A DNA stretch of 64,000 nt from Candidatus Sumerlaeia bacterium (GTDB lineage Bacteria; Sumerlaeota; Sumerlaeia; MVZB01): contig CAUZJO010000005.1 in the NCBI GenBank assembly GCA_963580245.1, forward strand, positions 5,020 through 69,019. Direction: 5' to 3'. Both the position numbers and the translations under genes were made by a program. Below the pieces are notes generated by a model, which saw only the letters and a program-made list of their open reading frames with translations, was not told where the DNA came from and did no database searches. Shown piece after piece: positions 1-9,668 of the stretch. Position 1 is the stretch's first letter; each line of letters opens with the position of its first letter.

Positions 1-110
1 ATACTGTTCACTTAGCTATATATGCTGCTTTTGCCGAGGGTGGCATGAGTGCCAGCGTGGCGGCTTGAGTCGCTTCCGACAGAACAGACCTGCCTTAAGT
101 GAGCAGTATT
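1..110. repeat. 15-bp inverted repeat (ATACTGTTCACTTAG ... CTTAAGTGAGCAGTAT) bracketing ~80 bp of lower-GC sequence at the window edge
   Basis: The reverse complement of 95-110 matches 1-15 with one mismatch, by direct reading. Context is truncated by the window start. Confidence 0.4.
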
Positions 111-285
111 GAGTCTAGGCTACACTTATCGGCAGATGCTAATATTAAGGACAGCGAAAAGCAAGATAAAATGCACCGCATCCAAAAAAATCGCCAGCCC
201 GGTGCTGGCCGAAGGCCGACCGCACGGGGGTGATGACGGCCACGTTACCCGAAACAGGACCTGGGCCAAGCTCCGAATGCGTCCC

Positions 286-1182
286 CTACTGTTCGTTCAG
301 AGACCAATCGTAATCGAGGTAACTGATCCTGTAGTCCCCGGGGACGCGGTCCGTGGTCTCGACGTGGTGATTGACGAAGTCGAAGACCGCCTGCTTACCC
401 GAGACGCCGCTCTTGCCCTCGACCTCTTCTTGATAGCGGACGAAATCCTCCTCAAACCAATCAAAGATCGGCGAGAGGTAGGCCCGCTCCCTGCGCCGAT
501 CGAGGCGGTATTTGTCGCCATCCGAAAAGAACTGGACGGTCTGCTCGCCGAGTTGATCGAGGAGCCGCTCGCCGACGTAAGGCTCGGCGCGCAAGGTGGG
601 GCAGCTGATTGAAGCGCACACCAGCCCCATGTGAACGAGCGGCTGATTAAACTCCTTGCGCAGGATTTCATGTTCGATCCCTCCGAGCGTGACTTGGCGT
701 CCTGCGACCACGTGCGTCAGCTCGTCCCACACGCCGTCGATTTGCCGGATGCTGTTCTTGGGATAGATCAGCGATTTGGCGAAGCTCGACTTGATGGGAT
801 AATGGTCGATGATGACCTGGAGCGTCAGGGCGTTGTAGGCGTTGATCCACAGTGCCATCTTCGCCTCGTCGCTCCAGCTTTCGACCACGGCCGGGTCCAG
901 CGCGCGCATCAAGCGGATAAACTGGTCAAGGCCCGCCCGATCTCCCTTCAGCGCCCGGTAATCGACCCGGCCGTTCCCGTCGAGGAATTCAGCGAGGACC
1001 TCCGCGTAGAGCGAATACTCAAACTTCCCTGATGATTCGACCCGCGTGTCCGTATCGGATTGCGCCGTCGCGCGGGTCGGGCCGGCGAGGTCGCACGCGC
1101 AGATGCCCAAGGCGAGGATCGCAACGGTCCATGGGACCGATTTAGATATTGTTCGTGCTCTTTTCGTTGATCGAATCGTCAT
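286..1182 (-). CDS. DUF547 domain protein, probably secreted
   Basis: WINAYNALTL-type motif characteristic of DUF547. N-terminal hydrophobic signal-like segment after M at codon 14 of the ORF, so that Met is the likely start. Confidence 0.6.
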   Translation of the reverse strand: MTIRSTKRARTISKSVPWTVAILALGICACDLAGPTRATAQSDTDTRVESSGKFEYSLYAEVLAEFLDGNGRVDYRALKGDRAGLDQFIRLMRALDPAVVESWSDEAKMALWINAYNALTLQVIIDHYPIKSSFAKSLIYPKNSIRQIDGVWDELTHVVAGRQVTLGGIEHEILRKEFNQPLVHMGLVCASISCPTLRAEPYVGERLLDQLGEQTVQFFSDGDKYRLDRRRERAYLSPIFDWFEEDFVRYQEEVEGKSGVSGKQAVFDFVNHHVETTDRVPGDYRISYLDYDWSLNEQ

Positions 1183-1276
1183 AACCCTACTCTCCAAAAA
1201 ATCGTTTCCTCCCATCCACACTCTTTTAGTATGCCGAGTGGGTCAAATCCTTACGGTCCTTATGACGGTGAACGGA

Positions 1277-2230
1277 TTAGACGAGCACGCCATCGCACGA
1301 AGAACCACGGCCGGCCGTGCAGCCGAAGCAATGGTCGCCGGTGACGATGCGACGGCGCGCAAGGGTGGATTGGTCGAACCGCCGGATGTTATCGGGCGCG
1401 CCGTGATCGACCGACAATTTCAGCGCCAGGTTAAAGTCGCAATCGTAAAGCCGCCCGTCCCAATCGACGCTGATCTGGTGGCGACACATCAGCCCGCCGA
1501 GCGTCCCCGGATTGAAACTGTACCTCAACAGGTCCATATAATCGCGTTCACGCTTCTCGACGCGCAAATCGGCCCAGAAGCGTCCGATGGGCATGTTCGT
1601 GATCGCGATCAGGCGGGTGAAGCGGATGCCGAAGCGCCGGTCCAGTTCGCGCCGGTAATCGAGTTCCAGGTCCGTCTGGCTGGGGGGCAGCGCCGGTCCG
1701 ATCGGGTTATAGACCAGCGTCAGCGGCAGTTCCTCGCGCGCGCCGTAGCCCAGTCGATTGAGCTCGCGTAGGGCCTCGATGCTGCCCGCATGGACCCCCC
1801 GGCCGCGCTGCCGGTCGACGTTGTCCTCGAGGTAACAGGGGAGCGAAGCGACCAGCCAAACCCCGTGGTCGCGCATGAACTCGGCGAGGTCCTCGAAGCC
1901 CGGCTCGAGCAGGATCGTCAGGTTCGTGCGGACCTGAACCTTAAGCCCCGCCTCGCTCAGGGCGCCCACGAAACGGCGGAAATGCGGGTTCATCTCAGGC
2001 GCGCCGCCGGTGATGTCGACCAACTCGGCCCCGACCCGCCGCGCCACGTCGAGGATCGCCCCCATCGTCTCCCAGCCCATTTCCTCCTTGCGCTTGGGGC
2101 CCGACGCAACGTGGCAATGCCGGCAGGTCAGGTTGCAGCGCAGCCCGATGTTGACTTGGATCGTGTCGATGTCCAGGCACGTCAGGTCCTCGCCGGTCGC
2201 TTCGCGGACTTGTTCGTCAAACGGATTCAC
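1277..2230 (-). CDS. arsS: radical SAM/Cys-rich domain protein (ArsS-like, TIGR04167-type)
   Basis: CNLTCRHC radical-SAM CxxxCxxC motif near the N-terminus. C-terminal Cys-rich tail DHCFGCTAGRGSSCDG. Co-oriented with DUF547 across a 95-bp gap. Confidence 0.65.
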   Translation of the reverse strand: MNPFDEQVREATGEDLTCLDIDTIQVNIGLRCNLTCRHCHVASGPKRKEEMGWETMGAILDVARRVGAELVDITGGAPEMNPHFRRFVGALSEAGLKVQVRTNLTILLEPGFEDLAEFMRDHGVWLVASLPCYLEDNVDRQRGRGVHAGSIEALRELNRLGYGAREELPLTLVYNPIGPALPPSQTDLELDYRRELDRRFGIRFTRLIAITNMPIGRFWADLRVEKRERDYMDLLRYSFNPGTLGGLMCRHQISVDWDGRLYDCDFNLALKLSVDHGAPDNIRRFDQSTLARRRIVTGDHCFGCTAGRGSSCDGVLV

Positions 2231-2384
2231 GGCCTTACCCTCCCCACCGGCCCGGGGTTGGCTTGCTCGATTGGGTGGTGGTTCCGGGGCGCGGCGAGTG
2301 GCGTGCGCAGCCCCTTTTATATTAACGGACCATTCTAACGGCCCCTACGCCCACATCCCAGCAATTCTTCGATTCTCCTCCATG

Positions 2385-2548
2385 GGTGTGATTCTAATTC
2401 GGGAGTCAACGCCGTTTCTCAACTCTCGTGCTCGTAATCGGTTTTTTTCTTGTGCCGTAATCGATATGGGACACAGTAATGAGCCCGATTACGAGCACGA
2501 GCACGAGAGTTGAGAAACGGCGTTGACTCCCGAATTAGAATCACACCC
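2385..2548. repeat. long imperfect palindrome (about 57-63-bp arms, ~43-bp loop) containing the CTCTCGTGCTCGTAATCG core
   Basis: The arm GGTGTGATTCTAATTCGGGAGTCAACGCCGTTTCTCAACTCTCGTGCTCGTAATCGG is matched by its reverse complement at 2485-2548. The right arm carries an extra GAGCAC unit. It lies in the divergent intergenic region between arsS and the carboxyltransferase. Confidence 0.7.
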
Positions 2549-2654
2549 TTCGCCGTCTGGGCGGCGGTTCTTCGCTTGCCCGTGGGTGGTTGATCGCGGA
2601 TGATGGGCGTCTTGGGCGTTCCGGGCCCAAAGATCGATCAAGGGAGTTTGAAAG

Positions 2655-4124
2655 ATGGCGAAAGAAGAAGCAACGGGCGGCGCCGGGCCGGTTCGCGTGA
2701 CCGAACTGCTCCTGCGCGACGCCCATCAGAGCCTGCTGGCGACGCGGATGCGGACCGAGGACATGCTGCCCATCTGCGAGCAACTGGACAAGGTCGGCTA
2801 TTGGTCGCTGGAGGTCTGGGGCGGGGCGACGTTCGACTCCTGCCTGCGGTTTCTGGGCGAGGACCCCTGGGAGCGCCTCCGCCAGCTCAAGCAGCGCCTG
2901 CCCAAGACCCCGCTCCAAATGCTCTTGCGCGGCCAGAACATCCTCGGCTACCGCCACTACGGCGACGACATTGTCCGCCGCTTCGTCGACAAGGCCATCG
3001 AGTACGGCATGGACGTCTTCCGCGTCTTCGACGCCCTCAACGACCCGCGCAACCTCGAAACGGCGGTCAAGGCCGTCCTGGAGAGCGGCGCCCACGCCCA
3101 GGGGGCGATCTGCTACACGGTCTCGCCGGTCCACACCCTGGGCAAGTTCGTAGAGATGGCCCGGCGGATCGAGGCGATGGGCTGCCAGTCGCTGGTGATC
3201 AAGGACATGGCGGCCCTGATGTGTCCCGTGCCGGCATACGAGCTGGTCCAGGCCCTCAAGACCGAGATCGGCATCCCGGTCCACGTCCATACCCACGCCA
3301 CGACCGGCGTGGCCCCGATGGTCCTGCTGCGGGCGATCGAGGCGGGGGCCGACGGCGTCGATACGGCGATCAGCGCCATGTCGCTGGGCTCGGGCCACGT
3401 GCCGACCGAGGCTCTGGTCGAGACCCTGCGCTCCACGCCCCGCGACACTGGCCTCGACCAGAAGGAGTTGCTCCCGATCGCCGACTACGTGCGCAAGGTC
3501 CGGCCCAAGTACAAGGAATTCGAGGGGAGCTTCACCGGGGCCGACCCTCGCATCTTCGTCAGCCAGATCCCCGGCGGGATGATCTCGAACATGGAGAGCC
3601 AACTGCGCAACATGGACTGCCTGGATCGGTTCGACGAGGTGCTCGAGGAGGTCCCCCGCGTGCGCGAGGACATGGGTTACATCCCGCTGGTCACGCCGAC
3701 CTCCCAGATCGTCGGCACCCAGGCCGTGATGAACGTGCTGATGGGCGAGCGCTACAAATCGGTCCCCGACGAGAGCCGCAACATCTTCGCCGGCAAATAC
3801 GGCGAGACCCCCGCCCCCGTCGACGCCCAGATCCAGAAGAAGGTCCTCGGCGATGAGGAGCCGATCACCTGTCGCCCCGCCGACCTGATCCCCGACGAAT
3901 GGGACGCGATCAAGAAAAAGGTCGAGGGCCGGGCGCGCGGCGACGACGATGTTCTCTCCTACGCGATCTTCCCGAAGGTCTGGGAGGACTTTTATGAGAA
4001 AAAGATCAAGGCCCCCGCGCCCGCCCCCGAATCCGTCGGCCCGGCCCCGGGTGCCCAATACAAGATGGCCATCGACATCAACGGCGAACATTTTGACGCC
4101 CAGGTCGAGGTGATCGAGGCGTAG
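2655..4124 (+). CDS. carboxyltransferase (5S) subunit of the oxaloacetate decarboxylase alpha / pyruvate carboxylase subunit B type, without a biotinyl domain
   Basis: Similar throughout to the OadA/PycB carboxyltransferase domain (LRDAHQSL, HxH metal site HVHTHAT). It ends without a C-terminal AMKM biotin-attachment module. RBS GGGAG lies upstream. Confidence 0.75.
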   Translation: MAKEEATGGAGPVRVTELLLRDAHQSLLATRMRTEDMLPICEQLDKVGYWSLEVWGGATFDSCLRFLGEDPWERLRQLKQRLPKTPLQMLLRGQNILGYRHYGDDIVRRFVDKAIEYGMDVFRVFDALNDPRNLETAVKAVLESGAHAQGAICYTVSPVHTLGKFVEMARRIEAMGCQSLVIKDMAALMCPVPAYELVQALKTEIGIPVHVHTHATTGVAPMVLLRAIEAGADGVDTAISAMSLGSGHVPTEALVETLRSTPRDTGLDQKELLPIADYVRKVRPKYKEFEGSFTGADPRIFVSQIPGGMISNMESQLRNMDCLDRFDEVLEEVPRVREDMGYIPLVTPTSQIVGTQAVMNVLMGERYKSVPDESRNIFAGKYGETPAPVDAQIQKKVLGDEEPITCRPADLIPDEWDAIKKKVEGRARGDDDVLSYAIFPKVWEDFYEKKIKAPAPAPESVGPAPGAQYKMAIDINGEHFDAQVEVIEA

Positions 4125-4435
4125 CGGCACGGGGGTGAATGACGAGGCGAAGAGGTCGCTTACAATGGCCACAAGGGGGGCGGATGACACAACCCGGCCC
4201 GCGATTGCCACGCTATGCCGGTGCTTCGGTTTTGAATTGCCCCCCATAAATTCTTGCCAACGGGTCACTAGAGTGGCTAAAGTATGAGTGCGCGTTTGCT
4301 CGGATGCGCCCCCGCGCCGTTCCGCGGCGATGTGGTTTGGGGCGGCCCGGAGGCGTTGGCGAGCGGCGGGAATCCCTCGACCGAGGTGTTGAGGGCTTCG
4401 TTTGGCCGCGTCCGGCGATCGGGAGTCGCCGACCC

Positions 4436-5656
4436 ATGAGTGACAAGTATCGCATCATGATCGTAGATGATGACGAAGACGCCTGCCGCGTCCTCGCCCT
4501 GGTGCTCCGCGACAGCTACGAGGTCGTCGAGGCCCACGACGGCCTGGACGCGCTCAGCAAGCTGGAGGTCTACGAGCCCGACCTGGCCATCATCGATATC
4601 ATGATGCCGCTGATGGACGGTTTCCAGGTCTGCGAGTCGATCCGCCGTCACCCCCGTTTCAATAATATGCAGGTCATGTTCCTGTCGGCCTATGGGTCCA
4701 AGGAGAACATCCGGCACAGCTACGCGGTGGGGGCCAACCTGTTCATGACCAAGCCGGTCGACCCCGGCCGCGTCCTGAAAAACATCGACTTCACGATCGA
4801 ACACGAGCCGCCCCCGCTGAGGGTCAAGAAATACACGATCGAGCAGCTCAAACGGATGGAGGAAGAGGAAGCACTCCGTATCCGGATGGAGGTCCAACAT
4901 CAGGAGGAACTGAAGCGGCGGCCCCCGCCCGAACCGGTCCCTCCACCGCAGCCCGAACCAAAAGTCGAATCCAAACCCGAGCCCGCCGCGGCCCGCGGGC
5001 ACGCCGAGAAGGCGCGGCCGGCGCGCGAAGCCACGATCAAAGCCGCTCCCGACGCCGAGTGCCCCGCCGCCCCGGCGGCCGAGGGGGACGAAGAGGCCGT
5101 CGGCCTGCCGGCGCGGCTGCTGATCGTCGACGACGACGAAGAGATGCAGCACATGCTGGACTTGGCCATGCGCGAGCAGTACGAGGTCACCTCGGTGCTC
5201 AACGGCTTAGAGGCGATCGAGCGCATAGTCGATTTTGAACCCGATCTGATGCTGCTCGATATCATGATGCCAAAAATGAACGGCTATCAGGTGCTCCAGT
5301 CGATTCGGCGCAACCGCTATTTAAAATCGCTGCCGGTCATCGTGATCTCGGCCAAGACAAGCCCCAAGGACCGCGAATACGCCGCGCGCCTGGGGGCCAC
5401 CAACTTTATCGCCAAACCTTACAAGGTCGACGATCTGCTCAAGACGCTCGACACGCTGGTCAAGACCCCCGGCTTCAAGATCAAAGCCAAGAAGATGACG
5501 ATCGAACAGATCCGGGCATTGACCGTCACCATCGAGAAAGAGCGCGAAGACCGCATGCGCCACGCCTCCAAGGCCACCCAGTACGCCAAACTGCGCGAGG
5601 TGATCAGGGAAGGCTTGGCCGAAGATGAAAAGGCCTCCAAGAAATCCCGCCGTTAG
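4436..5656 (+). CDS. stand-alone response regulator with two receiver (REC) domains and no output domain
   Basis: Two CheY-like REC domains (IMIVDDDED...DLAIIDIMMP...TKP and LLIVDDDEE...DLMLLDIMMP...AKP). Each is followed by a similar K(K)xTIEQ(L/I) helical tail. A Pro-rich linker separates the halves. Start chosen at ATG 4436 (MSDKYRIMIVDDD). Confidence 0.75.
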   Translation: MSDKYRIMIVDDDEDACRVLALVLRDSYEVVEAHDGLDALSKLEVYEPDLAIIDIMMPLMDGFQVCESIRRHPRFNNMQVMFLSAYGSKENIRHSYAVGANLFMTKPVDPGRVLKNIDFTIEHEPPPLRVKKYTIEQLKRMEEEEALRIRMEVQHQEELKRRPPPEPVPPPQPEPKVESKPEPAAARGHAEKARPAREATIKAAPDAECPAAPAAEGDEEAVGLPARLLIVDDDEEMQHMLDLAMREQYEVTSVLNGLEAIERIVDFEPDLMLLDIMMPKMNGYQVLQSIRRNRYLKSLPVIVISAKTSPKDREYAARLGATNFIAKPYKVDDLLKTLDTLVKTPGFKIKAKKMTIEQIRALTVTIEKEREDRMRHASKATQYAKLREVIREGLAEDEKASKKSRR

Positions 5657-5683
5657 GCTTCAGATAATAAAAACGGCGATTCC

Positions 5684-5716
5684 CTTCAATCGAGAAGGAA
5701 TCGCCGCGGGTGAAGG
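5684..5716 (-). terminator. intrinsic terminator for glnK-amtB (stem GGCGATTCCCTTC / GAAGGAATCGCC followed by a U-run on the minus strand)
   Basis: Hairpin followed by TTTTTATTAT when read on the minus strand. It sits between convergent genes, 45 bp after the amtB stop. Confidence 0.45.
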
Positions 5717-5760
5717 GAGCGGGCGTCGTGCCCACCCCCTGAGATCGCTCCACTGAAGGA

Positions 5761-7062
5761 TTAGAGAGTGAAACCCCGCTCGTTGTGCTGAGCGATGTCC
5801 AGGCCCTCGGTTTCCTCTTCCTCGGTGACCCGCAGGCCGATCACGGCATCCAGGACCTTCAAAATGATCACTGTAACGATGCCCGTGTAAATGATCGTGG
5901 CGAACGCGCCGACGAACTGAAGGCCGACTTGCTTGCCCAGGCTGACGCCTTCGCCAAGCCCGGCGCCCCCCAGACCTTTCGCGACGAACACGCCCGTCAG
6001 GATCGCGCCGATAAACCCGCCGACGCCGTGAACGCCGAACACGTCCAGGGAGTCGTCGTAGCCGAACATGCGTTTAAAGCTGGTCGCGAACCAAAAGCAG
6101 CCCGCCCCGGCGGCCAAGCCGATCACGAGCGCTCCCATGGGGCCGACGAAGCCCGAGGCCGGCGTAATCGCGACCAGGCCCGCGACCGCTCCCGTGGCGA
6201 TCCCCAAGGCACTCGGTTTGCCATGCTTGCCCCACTCAATGAACATCCAGGTCAGGGCGGCCACGGCCGTGGCGATGTGGGTGACGGCCATCGCCATCCC
6301 GGCCACGTTGTCGGCGGCCAACTCGCTGCCCGCATTAAATCCGAACCAGCCCACCCACAGCATCGACGCCCCCACAACGGTCAGGACCATGCTGTTGGGA
6401 GCCATCGGCGTGCGTGGATAACCCATGCGCTTGCCGAGCATTACGCACACGACCAGCCCGCCGATACCCGCGTTGATGTGCACCACCGTGCCGCCGGCAA
6501 AATCGAGGACGCCCAGATCGCCCAACCAGCCACCGCCCCAGACCCAGTGGCAGATGGGGGCGTAGACCACCGTGAGCCAGATGGCCATGAACCATAACAT
6601 CGCCGAAAACTTCATCCGTTCGGCGAAAGCCCCCACCATCAGTGCCGGGGTGATGATCGCGAACGTCATCTGAAACATCATGAAGACCGTCTCGGGGATC
6701 GAGCCGGACATTGCATCCGTCCCCACGCCTTTGAGAAACAATTTTCCGAGATCGCCGACGAACTTGCCCTCGCCGCTAAAGGCCAAGCTGTAACCATATA
6801 TAAACCACAAAACGCTCATCAGGCACGTGATCGCGAAACACTGCATCATCACCGACAAGACGTTCTTCGCGCGCACCAGACCGGCGTAAAAGAGCGATAG
6901 GCCGGGGATGGTCATGAACAGCACGAGCACCGTCGAGGTCAACATCCAGGCCGTGTCGCCGCTGCTCAGCTCATCTTGGGCCATTGCCAGGGTGGGCAAC
7001 CCCGCGAAAACGAGCCCCAAGACGGTCAGAACACCCCATTTGGGCTGTAGGTTTTTCATCAT
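5761..7062 (-). CDS. amtB: ammonium transporter Amt
   Basis: 11-TM Amt/MEP family sequence with a signal peptide. It lies immediately downstream of a PII gene, the classical glnK-amtB arrangement. Confidence 0.9.
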   Translation of the reverse strand: MMKNLQPKWGVLTVLGLVFAGLPTLAMAQDELSSGDTAWMLTSTVLVLFMTIPGLSLFYAGLVRAKNVLSVMMQCFAITCLMSVLWFIYGYSLAFSGEGKFVGDLGKLFLKGVGTDAMSGSIPETVFMMFQMTFAIITPALMVGAFAERMKFSAMLWFMAIWLTVVYAPICHWVWGGGWLGDLGVLDFAGGTVVHINAGIGGLVVCVMLGKRMGYPRTPMAPNSMVLTVVGASMLWVGWFGFNAGSELAADNVAGMAMAVTHIATAVAALTWMFIEWGKHGKPSALGIATGAVAGLVAITPASGFVGPMGALVIGLAAGAGCFWFATSFKRMFGYDDSLDVFGVHGVGGFIGAILTGVFVAKGLGGAGLGEGVSLGKQVGLQFVGAFATIIYTGIVTVIILKVLDAVIGLRVTEEEETEGLDIAQHNERGFTL

Positions 7063-7088
7063 CCTGCATTTCTCCCTTGGAATTAAAC

Positions 7089-7427
7089 TCAGAGCGCGTC
7101 CGGGCCGGTTTCGCCCGTGCGGATGCGCATGGTCTCCTCGATCGCGCTCACGAATATCTTCCCGTCCCCGATCTTGCCCGAGCCCGCCGAGTTGCGGACC
7201 GCGTCGAGAACGCCCTCGACCTGTTCGTCGTTAACGACGATATCCAGACGGATCTTGGGGACGAAATCCACCTTGTATTCGGCCCCGCGATAGATTTCCT
7301 TGTGGCCCTTTTGGCGGCCGAAACCCTTGACCTCAGAGGCGGTCATGCCCTGGACGCCGACCTGCGATAGGGCGTCACGCACCTCGTTAAGAACGTGCGG
7401 TTTGATGATGGCGGTCACCAGTTTCAT
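7089..7427 (-). CDS. glnK: nitrogen regulatory protein P-II
   Basis: 112-aa PII sequence MKLVTAIIKP...GFGRQKG...YRGAEY (T-loop Tyr51 context). RBS GGGAGGACAAAAC lies upstream. Confidence 0.9.
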   Translation of the reverse strand: MKLVTAIIKPHVLNEVRDALSQVGVQGMTASEVKGFGRQKGHKEIYRGAEYKVDFVPKIRLDIVVNDEQVEGVLDAVRNSAGSGKIGDGKIFVSAIEETMRIRTGETGPDAL

Positions 7428-7857
7428 CGGTTTTGTCCTCCCTCGGGACGGTGGTAATCAAGGTCCACGACGCCAAGCCGAAGGCGTCAGCCTCTCGAAT
7501 TTGGCCCCGCGCCACTGCCTACCGGAAAATCTTGATCATGAATTGTGCGACGGGCGTTGACCCATAATACTCCACTTTATGTATAGAGTTGCTCCAGAAA
7601 GGTCAAGCCCCGAATGCGAAAAAAATGGCCACGGGGACATCATGAATCTGCCAGGCGGGCCGGGTTCCGCAAACCCAAGCGCCCGGGCGCCCCCGCCAAC
7701 TAAATTCACGTTGATTTCGTACTGGATTCTCGTTACAATGGGAGGGAGTCACTTTCAGGCCCGGGCCGAACGAGGCCAAGTGCAATGCCCTCAGCCCTTA
7801 GGGGAGGGATAAACGGCCAATCCGACCCGTAGTTCGTTTCAGGGAGGCCACGCGGTT

Positions 7858-9159
7858 ATGCCCACCGAAGTCAAAGACACCAGGATCGAAACCCTCTGCC
7901 TGCATGCCGGTGCCCAGCCGGACCCCACGACCATGGCGCGCGGCGTGCCCGTCCATCGCACGAGTTCCTACGTTTTCCGCGACACCGAACACGCGGCCAA
8001 CCTGTTCGGCCTGCGCGAACTCGGCAACATCTATACGCGCATCATGAACCCCACGACCGACGTGCTCGAGCAACGCGTGGCGGCCCTGGAGGGCGGCGCG
8101 GCGGGGCTTGCCCTGGCGTCGGGCACCAGTGGCGTCTACTTCTCGGTCATCAATATCTGCCAGTCGGGCGACGAACTGGTCTCGGCCAACAACCTCTATG
8201 GCGGGACCTACACGATGTTCGACCAGATCCTGCCCCAGTTCGACATCAAGACCCGCTTCGTCGACCCGCGCGATCCCAACAACTTCGCCCGGGCCATCAC
8301 CGACAAGACCAAGCTGCTGTTCTGCGAAACGATCGGCAACCCGGGGCTTGACGTGGCCGATATCTCGGCGATCGCCGAGATCGCCCACGCCCATGATTTG
8401 CCCTTGGTGGTCGACGCCACCTTCACGACCCCGTACCTGATGCGCCCGTTCGATTATGGGGCGGACGTCATCGTCCATTCCTTGACCAAGTGGCTGGGCG
8501 GCCACGGGACCGGTATCGGGGGCATCGTGGTCGACTCGGGCAAGTTCGACTGGACGCATTCCAAGTTCCCGCTCTTCAACGAACCCGACAAGAGCTATCA
8601 CGGCCTGCGCTTCGCTCACGACCTGGGCGACCTCAATCCGCTGGCCTTCATCCTGCGGATGCGGGTGGTGCCGCTACGCAACCTGGGTGCCTGCATCTCG
8701 CCCGATAACGCCTGGATGTTCCTGCAGGGGATCGAGACCCTGCCGTTGCGCATGGAGCGGCATTGTCAAAACGCCCTGGCCGTCGCCGAGTACCTCAAGG
8801 GCCATCACCGGGTGGATTGGGTGCGCTATCCGGGCTTGGAAGACGATCCGACCCATGAAGTGGCACGGAAATACCTGGATAAGGGATACGGCGGGATGGT
8901 CGTCTTTGGCATCCATGGGGGCAAGGAGGCGGGCGCGAAGTTCATCGACTCGCTCACGCTACACTCGCACCTGGCCAACGTCGGCGACGCCAAAAGCCTG
9001 GCCATCCACCCGGCGACGACAACCCACTCCCAAATGAGTGAGGAGCAACTCATCGAGGGCCAGATCACCCCGGACCTGGTCCGGCTGTCGGTGGGGATCG
9101 AGAACATCGACGACATCGTGGAAGACTTGGAGCAAGCACTGTCGGCCTCGCAGGCTTGA
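7858..9159 (+). CDS. metY: O-acetylhomoserine sulfhydrylase (PLP-dependent)
   Basis: Cys/Met-metabolism PLP enzyme family. Close similarity to MetY along its 433-aa length. Followed by metX. Confidence 0.85.
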   Translation: MPTEVKDTRIETLCLHAGAQPDPTTMARGVPVHRTSSYVFRDTEHAANLFGLRELGNIYTRIMNPTTDVLEQRVAALEGGAAGLALASGTSGVYFSVINICQSGDELVSANNLYGGTYTMFDQILPQFDIKTRFVDPRDPNNFARAITDKTKLLFCETIGNPGLDVADISAIAEIAHAHDLPLVVDATFTTPYLMRPFDYGADVIVHSLTKWLGGHGTGIGGIVVDSGKFDWTHSKFPLFNEPDKSYHGLRFAHDLGDLNPLAFILRMRVVPLRNLGACISPDNAWMFLQGIETLPLRMERHCQNALAVAEYLKGHHRVDWVRYPGLEDDPTHEVARKYLDKGYGGMVVFGIHGGKEAGAKFIDSLTLHSHLANVGDAKSLAIHPATTTHSQMSEEQLIEGQITPDLVRLSVGIENIDDIVEDLEQALSASQA

Positions 9160-9167
9160 GGGAACCT

Positions 9168-9293
9168 CTAAAAATTCAGTCCCGACAGGGACGATTGCTT
9201 TCAGCCCGCCACGCAAGTGGCGGGAAATCAAACCGATAATGAATCGGAGTCCCGTAGGGACGACTGCAAAGCGGATTGTAGAGGTACCCTTGA
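9168..9293 (+). repeat. ~125-bp multi-hairpin element, copy A (terminal inverted repeats CCTCTAnAAT; internal hairpins GTCCCgacaGGGAC, CCCGCCACgcaaGTGGCGGG (GNRA tetraloop), CCGATaatgaATCGG, GTCCCgtaGGGAC). Candidate small structured RNA or MITE.
   Basis: About 85% identical to the reverse complement of 11817-11943. Differences fall in loops or preserve pairing (one G-U wobble). It lies upstream of metX. Confidence 0.55.
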
Positions 9294-9668
9294 TACAATT
9301 GGGTGCGAATCAGGGCATGTTTCTCGAGTACCCGTGCCTATTGGCCGCGGTGATTCGTCCAGAATTGAGCCCGCAACCTTGAAAGGATCGAATGGAATGA
9401 ACCGTAGGTGAAAACCGACGGAGCTTCTGAGTCGGCTCGCACCGTCGCCTAAGCGCCATGGCGCGTCGGAGACTCGTCCCCCGGATTCCGATGCGATCGA
9501 TCGGGGTCTCCCATGGAGTGGGGCTTTTATTCGATTGGAAGAGTTCGAGGACGAGTGATGAGGACGAGGGCCGATCACCAACCAGAACGGGGACGTTTCC
9601 TCGAAGCGACGTTTACTCCCTATACTGAATCATACCCAGCTTGTGAAACACTACGGCATTGACTTGAC

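Noticed and set aside
7798-8619. 273-aa ORF antisense to metY. Similar long antisense ORFs include 9651..10499 opposite metX, 2541..4268 opposite the carboxyltransferase, 25979..27151 and 20824..21336 opposite the adhesin, 12684..13589 opposite the AI-2E transporter, and 1046..1771 opposite arsS.
   Set aside because: High-GC genomes generate long stop-free antisense frames. The sense partners have clear family homology. The antisense translations are Arg/Ala/Gly-rich and low in complexity.
9294-9668. SAM riboswitch (SAM-I or SAM-II) expected upstream of metX.
   Set aside because: No match to the SAM-I four-way junction consensus or the SAM-II pseudoknot motif was recognisable by eye. Only the repeat element and a weak hairpin/T-run near 9510 are present.
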